Assembly (NCBI GenBank): GCA_028534125.1
Contig: CM052816.1
Coordinates: 71,178,001-71,242,000, forward strand
Reading direction: 5' to 3'
Origin: Lama glama
Taxonomy: Eukaryota
DNA: 64,000 nt
Shown here: positions 26,190 to 39,689 of the stretch, piece after piece
Layout of the letters: each line of letters begins with the position of its first letter
Position numbering within the stretch: the first letter of the stretch is position 1
Notes under the pieces: model-generated
Database searches by the model: none
Seen by the model: the letters and a program-made list of their open reading frames with translations, nothing else
Told to the model about the DNA's origin: nothing
Program-made: the position numbers and the translations under genes

Positions 26190-26565
26190 TGCAGACACTT
26201 GACTCAGTTTCTATTAATTAAGGCATCTATGGAAATCTTGATTTTAGAAGCAAGCAGTGGGGACCCTTTATGGAGGAATTCCCTTCACCGAGACTTCTGT
26301 TTATTGTGGAATGGTGGCTGGTAGGTAGAGCAGCTAGCATGCAGCTCTGCGTGTGATGGGTACTGAATTGGGTAGGCAATGATGTGCTTGCTAGAGAAGA
26401 AAGATCTCTGTGGTTGGCATTGGCATTGTTCTTGACTGCATACCTTCTGTGTCTGCTTCTCTAGACTTTTTACTAACACCCTTCAATAAATTAATTTTTT
26501 TTCCTACTAAAACCAGCCAGAGTGGATTCTAATGCTATTAACTGACAATTCTAATTGATTTAGAC
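26190..26565 (+). mobile_element. Old ERVL/MaLR-class LTR remnant (subfamily uncertain)
   Basis: 3' end CTTCAATAAATT..TTTTCCTACTAAAACCAGCCAGAGTGGATTCT resembles ERVL-class LTR ends. Confidence 0.55.
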
Positions 26566-27039
26566 ACACCATTGTTAAATACCTCCTGCAGGCAAAAGAA
26601 GGGTACCCAAGCAGCCCCAAATGGGAGAAGTCATCTTCTGCTTGTAATCAGAAAGTTACTCTTCCACCTAGAAGGAGTTGAAAGTATTTGTTAACTTATT
26701 AATTTTCTATTAAATTGTTAAATTATAATTTGTTACTTTTCTATGTAAAGATAAAAGATATCCCAGTTTGCTTCAGAAATGATTAGGTGAAAACCTGGGG
26801 ACACTCAGAAGAAAGTGTTGCCTTGGTTATTAGCACTATGGTTTATATTTTGCCACTCATATTGGCAGACATGACTCTCTGGAAAATGCAATAAAAAAAT
26901 ACTAGATATGAAGGGAATTTTGAGTACCTGATGATAGTGACTGAGAATAATGGCTTGAACCACGCCACCACTATTTTCGTACAAACTACTACCTGGCATA
27001 GGATAAGACAGTCAAATTAAAAACTATAAAAATAAACTG

Positions 27040-27400
27040 TGTTTTAGCCCAAATGACACCTTTGCAGAAAGCTTTCCCTGATTCCTCCAAGAAGATCGGG
27101 GAGCCCTGTTACCTGTTTCTGAGTTAACTGGTACCATTTATTCATACTACTCACGTCTTCTAATTATTGGCCTTGAAGGCAAAGATAGCATCTGCCTTGA
27201 TGCTGTTGTATCCTCAGCATCTACCACAGGATGTTACATAGAATACATTCATTAAGACATTTCTGTCTGACTGCTAGACTGATTGATTCAAACGACAGCA
27301 TGTCTACCCTGGCTCTGTCACAAAGTACGTACATGAACTTGGGAAATTAAGTTGCTTTTCTGAGACACTTTCCTTATCTGTAAAATGATGGGGATTTAAA
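27040..27400 (+). mobile_element. L2 3' end followed by a MIR fragment
   Basis: CCTTGAAGGCAAAGA..TGTTGTATCCTCAGCATCTA.CACAG (L2); CTTGGGAAATT..TTTCCTTATCTGTAAAATG (MIR). Confidence 0.65.
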
Positions 27401-28960
27401 AAATTGAATGTATTAATTCATGGTTTCATTTCATATGCAAATATTTATACTTATTTATACATTTTATATCTTATATGTAAATGTTTGTATATAAATATAT
27501 AACTACTGAATTTATTTCAGAAAACCAATGGTACAAAAATAAGTATACCAAGAACTCAGATATTTTAGACCCTGATGTTATAATTTCCATTTTTTCTAAA
27601 TATAAAGGTAATTTGTTATAAAAAAAAATTAGAAATGGAAATATTCCTCATGCCCATCCCTAATTTCTAAAGACAAAACCATTAATAATTATGTCTGTTA
27701 TAACCTTTTTGAGCCATCTCGTCAAATGAAATAGTCAGACCAAAATACTACAACAGAAATCAAGACAATTTTATTTTCTAGTAATTTTGAATTTTTTAAA
27801 ATAAAGCTACAGATCACCTAACACAAATATCCGCTGTGTTGTATAAAATTTTAGGGTACTTTTTCAGGGTAAGATCTATGCCCACTTCCACAAAATTTCT
27901 TTACTTATAAATGTGTACAATATATAATATTAAATATTTTTTAAATGTCTTTAAATTGTTTTAAATTATTGCAAAGAATATGCTAATAAGTTCTTTGCCT
28001 TTTGTTTAATTTATATTTAAAAATTATCAACAATTCTTTTATGATACTTTCATTTAAACTCTCCATTTTGGGGTTTTCATAAATTTCTTTTTTTCTGTTT
28101 TAAATATTTTTCAATTCTTCCTATACTTGCCAACGTCAAAGGTCTCACTCATCATGGAAAAATCAGTTCATGGACAATCAGTAATTTACTATATCAGGTC
28201 ATGACTTAATTACCAAAAGAATTTATCTCAGACAATAAAAATTGTCTTCCAAAACACAATGCTTTTATCTACAATACCTTTTATTTGGCCACGGCATAAA
28301 TCACAGACACAATCTGAATGACATTATTCAAAAGTATATGGAGATATTTTCAATAGTTGCAAAAAACAATCATATGAAAAAAAATTTTCGAGCATTTCAT
28401 GGCAAGCAATCTCCTTAACTTGTGATAAAGGACAGTCATTATGTAGAATAAATCTATAGTTATTTTATAATTATGGGAAATATGTATAGTTTATGGAAGT
28501 TAGTACATAGTAATCACTCAATAAATAATGTTACTCATATTAAGTAAACAATACCATTATTATTTAGGTTTTTGTTGATATTCAAATAGTAGAGGATTTT
28601 ATCTCATATCACAAACTCCACAATTCTAAATTAGTTTTTTTTTAATTTAGCAAAATGGTACATGTGATTTTCAGTTCTTTAGAGCTGTGCTCCTGCCCCA
28701 TATTGAGTTAAATAGGGAAACAAAGAGAAAACTAAGCCTTTAATATTTCTAATATGTTGACTTGTGAATAAGTGAATTATTTTTTCATTTGTATGCAGGT
28801 TAAATATAAGAAGTAATCTAAAAGAACTCAAGGTTCAAGTGGCATAAAAAATAGAAAAAACATGCAGCTTCTTATGACAAATGAACATGTGACTTCAATA
28901 AATACCTATAAGAAATGTGGAGGACTCAATGTAGAGGACTGAAAACTGAGGCTGTCCCAC

Positions 28961-29984
28961 TGTGCCAGTTAGTGGCCTCTGAGAAACAGAGCCCAAGAAA
29001 GGATTAGACATGCAATGATATATTGAGGGAATGGCCCAAGAAAGATAAAGGAAGAGAAAGAGGAGTAGGTGAGGAGAGCCTTAGAACAGAGTGCCCCACT
29101 GCCCCTTTAAGGAGAGAAACTAAGGGAAGGTGGGATTGGGTAGGAAAAGCCCCAGACAATAGCACAGTCCTGAGAAAGACAGGGCCAGGCAGCTAAGAGG
29201 CTACCAAAGCTTGCTGTTACACATTTGTGAAAGTGATCCTTATTAAGTGGAATACAGAATGCTGGATGGTGAGCAGTGGTTCAACAACTAAGTGCAAGAG
29301 GAATTGAAATAGAGTTTATTAGTCACAGGTCCCATAGGAAGGAACTGGCCTGCTTCACGGGGCCACACGAGGAGGTCAAGGCAGAGTGCAGACAGAGAAG
29401 CAGGACCTGGGGCACATGCCTTGAATAGGGTCTGTGGGTGGCGTGCTTTCGGGCTCCCTGTCTAAGGCTGGATTGGTCAATTTAAACCAAAAAAGCTGGA
29501 GTTTTAGTGAGCCCCGTGGGGGCCCTATCGCAGGGGTGCATAACGGGGAGGCATTGGAAGTCAGAGGAGACTTGATCAAGGGCTTGGGGGAGATCATATC
29601 AGGAACTTAAATTTGTTCACGATTCTGCAGGCTGCTTGCTACCTTAGGCATGAGCTTGCATGACAGGGCTAATCTAAGTTAAAGTCACTGCAGGCTGCTT
29701 GGCCGAATAAAATGGATGCCAAAGCAGCAATACCATGAAGCAGCTTAGCTGAATTCTTGACATTTGCCCACAGGAGGAGTTCCAGGTCAAATGGGAATTG
29801 CCAACTCCAGTATTTCCTGCTGGAGTTTAGTCATTGGGTGGGTGCAGCACAGGGTAACTGTGGCCTTGGTTGACCCCCTCGATTCATCAAAAAGGGTGGC
29901 AGCTGAAGGCTGTCAGCCAACTATGCTTCCTGCAGAAGTTTCTTTTAAAGAGAGTTCTGAATGGGAAACTTCATGGCTGCCTCA
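28961..29984 (-). mobile_element. LTR16-like ERVL LTR, split by a nested LTR at 29215-29762
   Basis: CCTCTGAGAAACAGA..GGATTAGACATGCAA..ATTG.GGGAA..AAAGATAAAGG..GGAGTAGG..GAGAGCCTT; ends CATGGCTGCCTCA; TCCCA lies close to both ends. Confidence 0.7.
29215..29762 (-). mobile_element. Solo ERV LTR, same family as 3369-3891
   Basis: TG...CA termini, TSD CTTGC/TTTGC; shares blocks with the first copy (GGTTCAACAA, CAAGAGGAA.TGA.ATAG, AGTTTATTA.TCACAGGTCC, GGCACATGCCTT). Confidence 0.78.
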
Positions 29985-30031
29985 TCCCAAGACAATCTTC
30001 TCAGCAACATCTAAATTAAAAATGCAAGCAT

Positions 30032-30122
30032 GGGGGCTGGTGGGCATAGCTCAGAGCCGGAGTGCCTGCATGGCATGCATGAGGTCCTGGGTTCAATCCC
30101 CAGTACCTCCATTAACAAAGAA
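30032..30122 (+). mobile_element. tRNA-derived SINE, camelid vic-1 type (short form)
   Basis: GCATAGCTCAG..GCATGCATGAGGTCCTGGGTTCAATCCCCAGTACCTCC plus A-tail; 14-bp TSD AAAAATGCAAGCAT (30018-30031) / AAAAATGTAAGCAT (30123-30136). Confidence 0.9.
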
Positions 30123-33100
30123 AAAAATGTAAGCATATTTATTTGTTAACATGTTAAGTTGTAAATATTTAATTTTAAAATCCAAGTATTGGAGTAATTT
30201 GAAATCATAATGAAGGCATGAAACAAATGTGGCAAAGAACATTTTAACTTTGCTAATATCTTCAATTTCATCTCACTTTCAGAGACTACTTTTTCTCTCT
30301 GAACAGCTTCCTCATTCTTCTTTGAGGAATAGTCCAAGTTCTAGCCTTCCTCGGGTCTTCTCAGGCAACTCGGTCTTCCTTTAAAACGTGCTTTCACAGC
30401 CTTTCTGTCACTGACACGAGCCCCACTTAGCACCACTCCTTTGAGTCAGCTTTTGTTATATAAAAAGAAGTTACAAATTAAAAACAAAGTCAAAATTCTA
30501 ATAAAATTCTAGTGCAAAACATTAGTGAATTAAAGGATGATGTTTTGCTGAAATCTAATCATCATTTGCAAGGAAATATCCTTGCAGTGTCCTTTCTTTT
30601 GGGCATACTTTATTACAGCGTGTCACAGGCTGCTTTATGTCCACATCATTTTTTCTATTTGATTTCTTGCAAACCTTTCATTTGCACAGTGTGTTGGGTG
30701 AGTTGTTGTTTGGCCTTCCCTCAGGTATACAATCCACCTCAGGTCTTTCACACCAGGTCCTGGGATGATTAAATCAGAACTATTAAAAAATTGATGATAA
30801 ATCCCAATTTGATTGAAAATAAAAATGTTAAGACAAACCCTGACATCTGTTACATGGTCATTAACTGAATAAAATAGAATGTTTATGTATTTTAATATCA
30901 ATATTTTATGCATATTAATATAATATTAATACTTTAATATCATCAACTCTAGATAGATAAAGTAATTTAAATATATACATAAATATCTGTATCTAGCTAT
31001 TGATCTAACCATAAAGATACTATGACTGTCCTTACTTTCCCCATATTTTGCCTCATTAACTCAGCTGGAATTGTACTACTTTCTCTGATTTTAGTATTTG
31101 TTGCCTGACTTAGATATAGCAACTTGTGCATAGTGCCTTCCTTTTGAAGTATCACCAAGACCAAAAAATCCAAATGTTTCTGTAGCCTAGAAGTCAGAAA
31201 TCCCTAAGCTTTATCCTGACTCTACAACTAATCTGGTTTACGTTATTATTTTATATTAGAAAAATTTAGAGATTAAAACTCTTTGTAGCTGAAAGAGATC
31301 TTCAAAATTATTTATTTCTGCCATGATCTCATTTTACAATAATTTACCATTGATGGGTCACACAGTGAGCTATTAGCCAAGGAGAAGACTCTTTTATTAT
31401 ACACATGAATCACGTGTAAAATGAAATAATTCAAGGAGTTAGCAAACTTTTATATGACTTATTTTTTTCATCTTTATTAAGACCCCAAAATCTGATGTTA
31501 TTTGAGTTTAGCTGTCCACGTCTTCCTGGTACTACTTCCACTGTGAAAACTGCTGAGATAACGTGTGTCATTTAGATTGAGAACTCACCTTTAAATGTTG
31601 TTCTTTACAGTGAGCATAAAAGCAGGGTTATTGCATCCTAAAGGACGGGCATGTATAAAACAAATATTTTTCTTGATTTCTGGTGTACTTCTCTTTGGTA
31701 GAGGTGGGAGGAAAACCATATGGTCTAATTGAGTTACTTGAAATGTAAAATATGAATACATAAATGATTGAAAAAATAAATTAAAAATGAAGATACCTAA
31801 CAATGCTTTTGTTTGGCCTGTCAAACTCCAAATATCTGCTAATACCAAACAGGTTATTGTTTAACTGAAAATATCGACCCGCTGTTTTTTAATATCATTA
31901 GGAAGCAGACTGAACTGAAAGCAGAAAGAACTGAACAGAAAATAATTGATGAAAAGTTGTATGTTATCCACACTTAGCACGTTAATCTAGTCTCCAGAAA
32001 ACTTCATGTGGCTGAGAAAATGTTATTGTACAGATCATAGCAGTTATGTAATACGAAGCAAGAATATTTATTTTTCCCCTCCTTTCTGTTTTTCCTTTAA
32101 CAAGGCCAACCATAGAAGAATAGTGTGTTGCTAGCATGCCTGCCAAGTTTTAATTGAAACGTTGTGATAAATTTCACTGCCAGGTCAGATGTTATTTTCT
32201 GGTTAAGGAGGGTCAAGCTGGTCTCTTAAAGAACCACTTTTGATTTTTATAGTGTCCAGTGATTTGCTCCTGGAAGTTGATTTACCGCAGATCTGACCTC
32301 CGTCCTCTCAGGTGACCTCTGCTAACATTTTCAAGTCTCCCGTTCACCTATGGCCACTGGTAGGAAAAAGTATTTTATTAAACTGGGCTTCTCATTTTAT
32401 TAGTGTGAAAATAGGCCTTTCCTAATCGATAGAACAGGAAGCATTCACTTTATTGCTTTAGACTAGAGACTAAAGGTCATTTAACATAAATAGAACAAGG
32501 CACATAACAAAAACAGCAGTCAATATTTGATGACTCAGCATAAACAACTAAAACAAAAGGACGATCGAATCTGCATACAAAAGGCCTTTCTTTGAATAGT
32601 GGATAAGAGTTTCTGATAAAAAAAATATGTAGCACTTTTAGATAACTTTGGTAAAGGTTATGATTGTTCTTGAGCTAGTGATTGAGATAACTTCAGAATA
32701 TATATAATCTGGAATTTAGAGTTGAAGAATTACTACCTTTGACTTTAGGATTAAATGAGCTAATGTACACAAAAGTATAAAGCACAATGTATGTGTTATT
32801 ATTTTTATTACTTCTTGCGGGATTTTATTCAGGATGCTTACTTACTAAGCTAAATGTAATGCTTGCTTTCATTACCCAAAAGTGCAGAATGTGCACTTCA
32901 GTGTTCTAGTTATTTATGTAAATTATGAACAGTCATAAAAAGCTCAGGAAAGTTTTCTATATAAGAATACAACACTGAATAAAGTGCTGTGTCAGACTAA
33001 TCTTTCCATCATGTGAAGCAAGCAAGAAATTTGTCTTTATAACAAAGGAGCAACATTTTACAATCAGGTCTATGGTCATTTAGAAATGATCAGAGGCTTC

Positions 33101-33849
33101 AGGTATGCAAATTCAGTTTGATTGATTTATATAAAATTAAAGAGATAGATTCTATGGGTCTACATGAAGGGGCACATAATTTGCATTAATGAATCTTTCA
33201 TTTTTAACCAGCTACTTAAGCATGATGTCATTGCAGCCCTGGCACACATTAGGAGAGAGACCGTGACAGTGAAAAGGAGGACCTTGGACTTGACTACCTT
33301 CTGACTATGGGTTGGGTTGGAGGTTTAGGGAAACAAGAGTTAGAAGCTAATTTCATGAGAGCCTTTATGAGCCTTGGGGCATGAGGAGAGTTCTGGGCCC
33401 AGGTGACAAATTGTGGCTGAGAATTATAGAAGTATTGTTTCCCTCCGTGTCGGTGGGGAACCCACTACAAGAAAGAGCAGCTTTGGCAACTCTGAATGAC
33501 AAACACTTGGGATCTTATAATAGCAGTGGCAATAGGAGTCCCTTTCAGGTACCTTTGCTAATACTTTATGTGAAATAGAGTGAACCTAATAAGAAGGAAG
33601 GAAAATAACAGAGTATCGGGTGGTCATTGCGTTGATCATACTGGTGACTGTCTTATAAGCAAATGTGCAGGTACACTTTAAAGTCTCAGAAGATCATGGG
33701 AGATGGGAAGCATTTGGAGCATGATGGTGGTATTTGTGTGCAGGTAGTGATTATTAAAAATAATATTTAATTTCACAGGTAGGTAAGGCTTTAACATGAT
33801 GAAAGAATCTCAGAAGTTCCTAAGTAGTAGGTAATTAACACAGCCACTC

Positions 33850-34600
33850 TTCTAAGGACTATATATAGAATCACCCATTTAATCCTCACAACAATCCTAT
33901 AAAATAACTATACTTATATCCTCATTTTATAGATGAAAATACTAAATCAAAGGTAGGATAAGTAACTATGTAAATAGTGGAGTTGTGGCTCCAACTTAGG
34001 TAGTTTATGTTCTGAAGTGGTTAGCCCTATATATCTCATTTTCCAGGTGAGAGCGTAAATTGGGAAGTTTAAGTTGCTTTCCAAGCACACAGAATTAGCA
34101 ACCACAAAGCTTGGATTTGAACGTAGGTTGTTCTGACTTCAAACTCAGTGCTTTTAACCACCTCATTATCCTGTAAAGTATGTGAGGAATGTCCAAAGTA
34201 GTGAAGATTCTGAAATTCAGAGCTTTTCTATACCCTTACCTTAGGTGACAGGGTTTCTACTAGTGGAGAAAGAATTAGCTTCAATTCCCCCACCCTGTGT
34301 TTCTGAAATAGCCAGTTGCCTCAAAAGTGGGTAATTTATTCCAAGTCAGCTACCTATTGGAATTACTATTGCCTGAGAGCCTGCCATGTACTGGGCACTG
34401 TGCTATGCATATGTATACCCTACATCTGTTAGTCCTCACAACAATGCCAAGAGGAGTGTGTCATTAACTTACTAACTTTGTTTCCGTATGAGAAAAACAA
34501 ATTCAAGAAGTCTAACTCACCTAAGTCTAACTAGCTGACGAGGAGCAGCTCAGGTCTATCAGATGCCATTAATTCTACATTCTACCTTCTGTGTCACACT
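33850..34600 (-). mobile_element. Cluster of about three MIR fragments
   Basis: ATTTAATCCTCACAACAATCCTAT..CTCATTTTATAGATGAAAA; GGATTTGAAC..TCTGACTTCAAA; TGCCATGTACTGGGCACTGTGCTA..TCCTCACAACAA. Confidence 0.75.
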
Positions 34601-37600
34601 CAGATCCACCCAGTCAACTCCATGTTCTGTTGTTACATGGACATAGGTCGTCCATAGCACAATCTTGTCTGAACTTGGTTTTATCTCATCTTCCCTCTTT
34701 ATTTGCTTATTTTCTTGGTTGACTTTAATACATAATCAATGACAATGAATGAAAAAGATAAAAACAAAACAATACATATATACATAGTGTGCTTATATAT
34801 ACATATTATGTATACGTGTGCACACATTTATATATATTCTTGTTAAAACACTTCTTGTGTGCTATTATATCCCAAGGTAGTTCACAAAGGCCAACAGCTA
34901 TTTTGTGACATAGATCTCATGTTTTATTTAACTCATTCATTTATTAAGGGAGCTATAAACTTCCGTGTACTTTCATATTTCTCACCTGTCTTCATGCATA
35001 TTGTCCTTTGGCTTATAAATTAATGAACTACTATTTGAAAGCATGTCTTTTTCCCCCCTATTTGATGTTTAGCAGATGCCACCTGTCTCTAGAGGACAGG
35101 TTGTTTGTTGTTATTAGGGCACCATACAGGGTACAGCACGGATAAACACAGTGGTTGGAGTCTAATTACTTGAGCTCTTTATGGAGGTGGATCATCTCAC
35201 AGCACAATGCTCAACAGGACAAAGTAAGGCCAACTGTCTTTTACAGCATCAGCTGCCGCCCTGAGTTTGGTGTTTTGCCACCGACACCAAGTCTTCTTTG
35301 TTTATCAGGTAATTAACAGTAATGATGTCTTGCTGCTTAGCTTTGTTGTTGAAGCAAGGCTCCTTCTTTGCGGATTTGGGAGGACTCCTAGTCCTGGGCT
35401 GGTGGCTTGACTGTCATAAGCACCAGCAGGCAATTCTAGGCTTAATTACCTCCCTGTTTTGTTCTTTACGTTGGGCAATAAACATCCAGTCTAAAGGCAA
35501 TTTGTGGGAGAGAGGGGAGAGGAAGGGGAGGGGTGCCTTCTCTCATGGCAATGCGTCCATCAAATAAACTAACTTAAAAATGTTTTGACCTTGAGTTCTT
35601 AAACATTATTGTAATTTCTCGTCTTATAAGGAGAACCATTTTCAAGAAAGTTATTCAAATAAAACACAACCCTATAGATAGGCAGTCTGTTAATGAAATA
35701 TGAGGGAATTCAATTACCCACGAATGGATGAATGGCTTTTTTCCCTCTCTTTGTCTGGTCATCATTGTTACTGTGGATTTCTTTAACAAAAGATATCAAA
35801 ATAAACAGAAGTGTCTTCCATGAACTGTGAGCCTGCCGTTAAGTGGCATATCTATGGGAGTGCGCCTCTGGGATGTATTTAGTATAGCTATGATTTTTTT
35901 AATGGTGCATTGTTGAATTTTTAGCAAAGTCACACTAAAAAAAGAAATTACTGCATAAGAATAAATAAAGATCTAGGAAAACACCACATGGAGCTTTTTT
36001 TTTAATTCTTACAGAAAGCAGGAATACTTACGTCATTAGATGTCTTAAAATTTGAGATAATTTTGGTTAAATTCTGTTGATTGTAGATAAAATCATATGG
36101 AAACTATATTTGAGCACTTGTAATGTTTTAATCTCAGTGACTAGTTGACTATTAATTTTCAACTTTTTTGGTATGGAAATTGTACTTGAAAATAAATGTT
36201 AGTATGTAATAGTTGCTAGTAATTTTTAGTACTCATTAGTGATATCTGGAGTATTTCAAATGCCAACACCCTAAGATGATAGAGATAATTTTATTCATTT
36301 TAAGCTGTAATGTACTTACTCGTACTTTTTTACTGGATAGCTCTTGTGGATAAATGACTAATTTAAAATGAAGTTTGCCTCTTCCATGTTTATGAAGCAT
36401 TTAATTATTCTACAAGGTATTCCATATTTTGCTCTATTTTCCATTTAATAGAATACCTGGATTAAATTATAGATTCTGCATGTAACAAACAATATTCAGT
36501 ACATATTTCAAAGAGTGAAATAATTTCCCATCACATTTAACAAATTTAATAAACCTTATATGGGAGAATTTTATGTAGAAAGGAAGGGCATTTGTATAAA
36601 AATGTGATTTTTTTTTTTAATTTCTAAAGAAATCTCACACCAAAATTTGCAAGATTTTGCACCAGTGTTGTAAAATTCCTCCATTATTATTGATTGGAAA
36701 TGTTCCTACTTTTTCCTAATATCCCTTAGATTTTCATAGATGGGATATGTTTCCTAAAGATAATACATAACCTTCTTCCCAATATTTCAGCAAGAAAACT
36801 ACTGTTTTGCTTGGTATTCAAGTAGTCTTTTCCATTTGTCACTACATTTTGAAAAATTACTTTTATATGCTTCATTTATATGTGGATAGAAAAGAGAATA
36901 TTTTAAAGTTAAACAGTATCCAATTTATTAAGTACAAAATATCAGAAATCTGTCAGATTTTCACTGCATCTATGCTTTACCAAAAGCCTATAGTAAGGCC
37001 ACTGGGAACATTTACATTGAGAAAAGTGAATTATTTTTCCACTAAATTTACTCATTATTGAGTTAGCTTGTTTAAAATTTATTCTACTGAAAAGAAAAAT
37101 GAATAAATTGTTCAAGTGAGGGTAGTATGTGGAGGGATATGACTTATAGTGTCAGGTAATTTTGAAACCTTATAAATATGACATGCTATTGATAATCTAC
37201 CAGGATTTATCTGCAGAATATAGTGGTTCTCTTTCCCTTTCAATGTAAATATGTTCTGTAACCTTGAGGTTCACAGAAGGACCAACAAGCCCTTCACACC
37301 ATTGTTTCACAATGGCCTCCTACGTGCAATAGGTGTAAAGGGCTTAGCCTGAATTGGCTCTTAAAAAATCATAGCTATTTTATTATAATTCATATCATAA
37401 CATGATTATTATTATTTTATTTGTGCAAAGAGGAACATTATAATTATCTTTGGACATGTGTTCTCAACTGTGGAAAAAAATGGTTTTTACATCTAGGAAA
37501 AATGGTTGTGACTGTTACTCTTGGGAAATGGCATCAACATCACCATGGGTCTGGATGGAGGTTGAAGGGGGAAAAGGTAGCTAGTTCAGTCCCAGGACCC

Positions 37601-38409
37601 TCCCACTTTCCTTCCAATTGACATGCTCTGGGCAGTGTTTACTTTTTGCCCTCTAAACCACGGAACAATGCCAGGAATAGTAAAGGATGCAATCATTTCT
37701 TAACTAAGAACCTATAATATACTATCTACAAATGTGAGAAAGAGGTCCCTACAATCATTTTCGCCTTAGGCCATCTTTTCTTTTCCCAAGGACAAAATGT
37801 TTTGGCAGTCAGATATTTAGTGAAACAATAACAACAGGCAAGCCAGCTGATGTTTCTTTGTTTAATTCAAATCTGTGGGATGGAACGATTTAGACACGGA
37901 CTTAGTGGCTTCATCTAAACATCTATAGGCACATGCTTTGTTGAACCTTAAGGGTATATTCATACACACACACAAAAAAAATTTGTAGTACTGTTTTAGT
38001 ATTTTTTTAAACTGGAATTAAATTTTAAACTCAAATAAGAGTCTGAGAGAATACACCTGTGATCAAGTTTATAGGTGAGTTTAACATTTCCAAGCTTGAT
38101 GGAGACAGTGTACAAGTTCTTGATAACCAGCAAATATTAAACAGATGATTTGTACAGTGATTTTTTTTTTGGCAATTAAACATCAAATTGCTTTTACATT
38201 TTTCTCACAAACCATGGGAGAAAAAAGAAGTAATAATAATAATGATGATGATAGTAATCCATTTTGACCATCTTATTATTTTTCCCTTATTCGCTTGGGA
38301 GCTACAGTGGAGTCTTAACCATCCCATAAATACTTATTTAGTAAAAGGAAACAGAATATATTTTCCCTGAAACTCTCTGCATTGGTATATTGAAATAGTA
38401 GGGAAGAAA

Positions 38410-38630
38410 AAAAAAAGGTCCATAATGCTTCATTAGTTAATTGTGCAGAGTACAGCTCTTTAGGGGTAAACAAGTGAAGGACATTTGCTGAATGGCCCAT
38501 CCGCGTCACGCATATTATGGCCTAATGATGCTAGTAATGGTAGGAGGCTCCTGGAGAGTCATCTGTCAAATTAGCACATTGAATTATTTATTGCCTCAGA
38601 ATAAAATTGTTGAAAGGTAGCAGCTGAGAC
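38410..38630. promoter_or_regulatory. Candidate developmental enhancer (PAX, homeodomain and FOX motifs)
   Basis: GTCACGC at 38505, GTAAACA at 38466, several TAAT/ATTA cores and retained CpGs in non-repeat DNA; function is inferred. Confidence 0.3.
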
Positions 38631-39689
38631 ATGGTTTTTATACATCTAAAATTCAGGGGGAAAAAACTAGAAAACTTGCACAGCTGCTTTGTGGGTGCAT
38701 TTGCTTTTTAACACTTGGATTTATGAACACAATAGTCCTTATTGGGTACACAGATGATTTCTACCTTTAAATCTGATCTGTAGTGGGTGTATGTATGTGT
38801 GTGTACATGAAATCCTGAGCAACTCATGCCATTAGTTACAATGTAATAACCTAAAATTCAAGCTAGTTGTTTTTTTAAGTCTTCATAACTGGTTTCCACT
38901 ACATCACCTCTGTGAAACATGAGACAAAATGCCAATTTCTCCTAGACTCTGTGCCCAGAAACTAATGTGGAGGGCATGGTCCCTGACTTCCAATTTTGGA
39001 TACTGTTCATATTCCTGTTTTTGCACAATGTTGTCTAAAATAAAAAGTCTATTTTCCTGGGGGTGTAGAGAAGAAGACAAACTTGTACTCAGTTCTATGA
39101 AACAAGACGATAAGTATGACAGGGAATATATATATGGAGAAATGTAAGCATTTGGAGGCCTGAGCAAGCTAATAAATTTGGGGTCTCTTGAAAAATATTT
39201 TATTATTTATTCAATATTTATGTAGTGGATGTGGACAGATTTTTTTTTTTTGTTAATAAATGTTATATAGAGAAATATTCACTTACCAATGTGGAGGGTC
39301 ACTGTTCTGGAGGAAGGGGGAAAAACAGATTTTCTATGGCTCCTATTATCTCTTTACTTCTTATTTTTAAAATTCTTACCCTGAATTAGACAACTACTTG
39401 GGAAAGTTTGAAATTTTTGATGATAAAATAGACCATTAATTTCAAATAAGTAGAGCTACACTATGAGTATTTGGTCTCAAAGTAGTCATTCATTGACCTC
39501 AAAAATACTAAATTTGAATCACTGTGTACATTTGAAGATAATATGTGTATGTGTATTCTTTTTTGGTCAGAAATAGCTCCAGTTCATTCTAGTGATGTTC
39601 GGGTACCCAGGGAGACTGGGACCTGGCACCTTCTGGGTCAGTCAGTCTTTCATTGGGCGAGGGAGCAGGGGGAAACTCTCACTGGATCA

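Noticed and set aside
29764..30132. 122-aa ORF
   Set aside because: Non-ATG start; reads through an antisense LTR and a SINE; no recognisable domain
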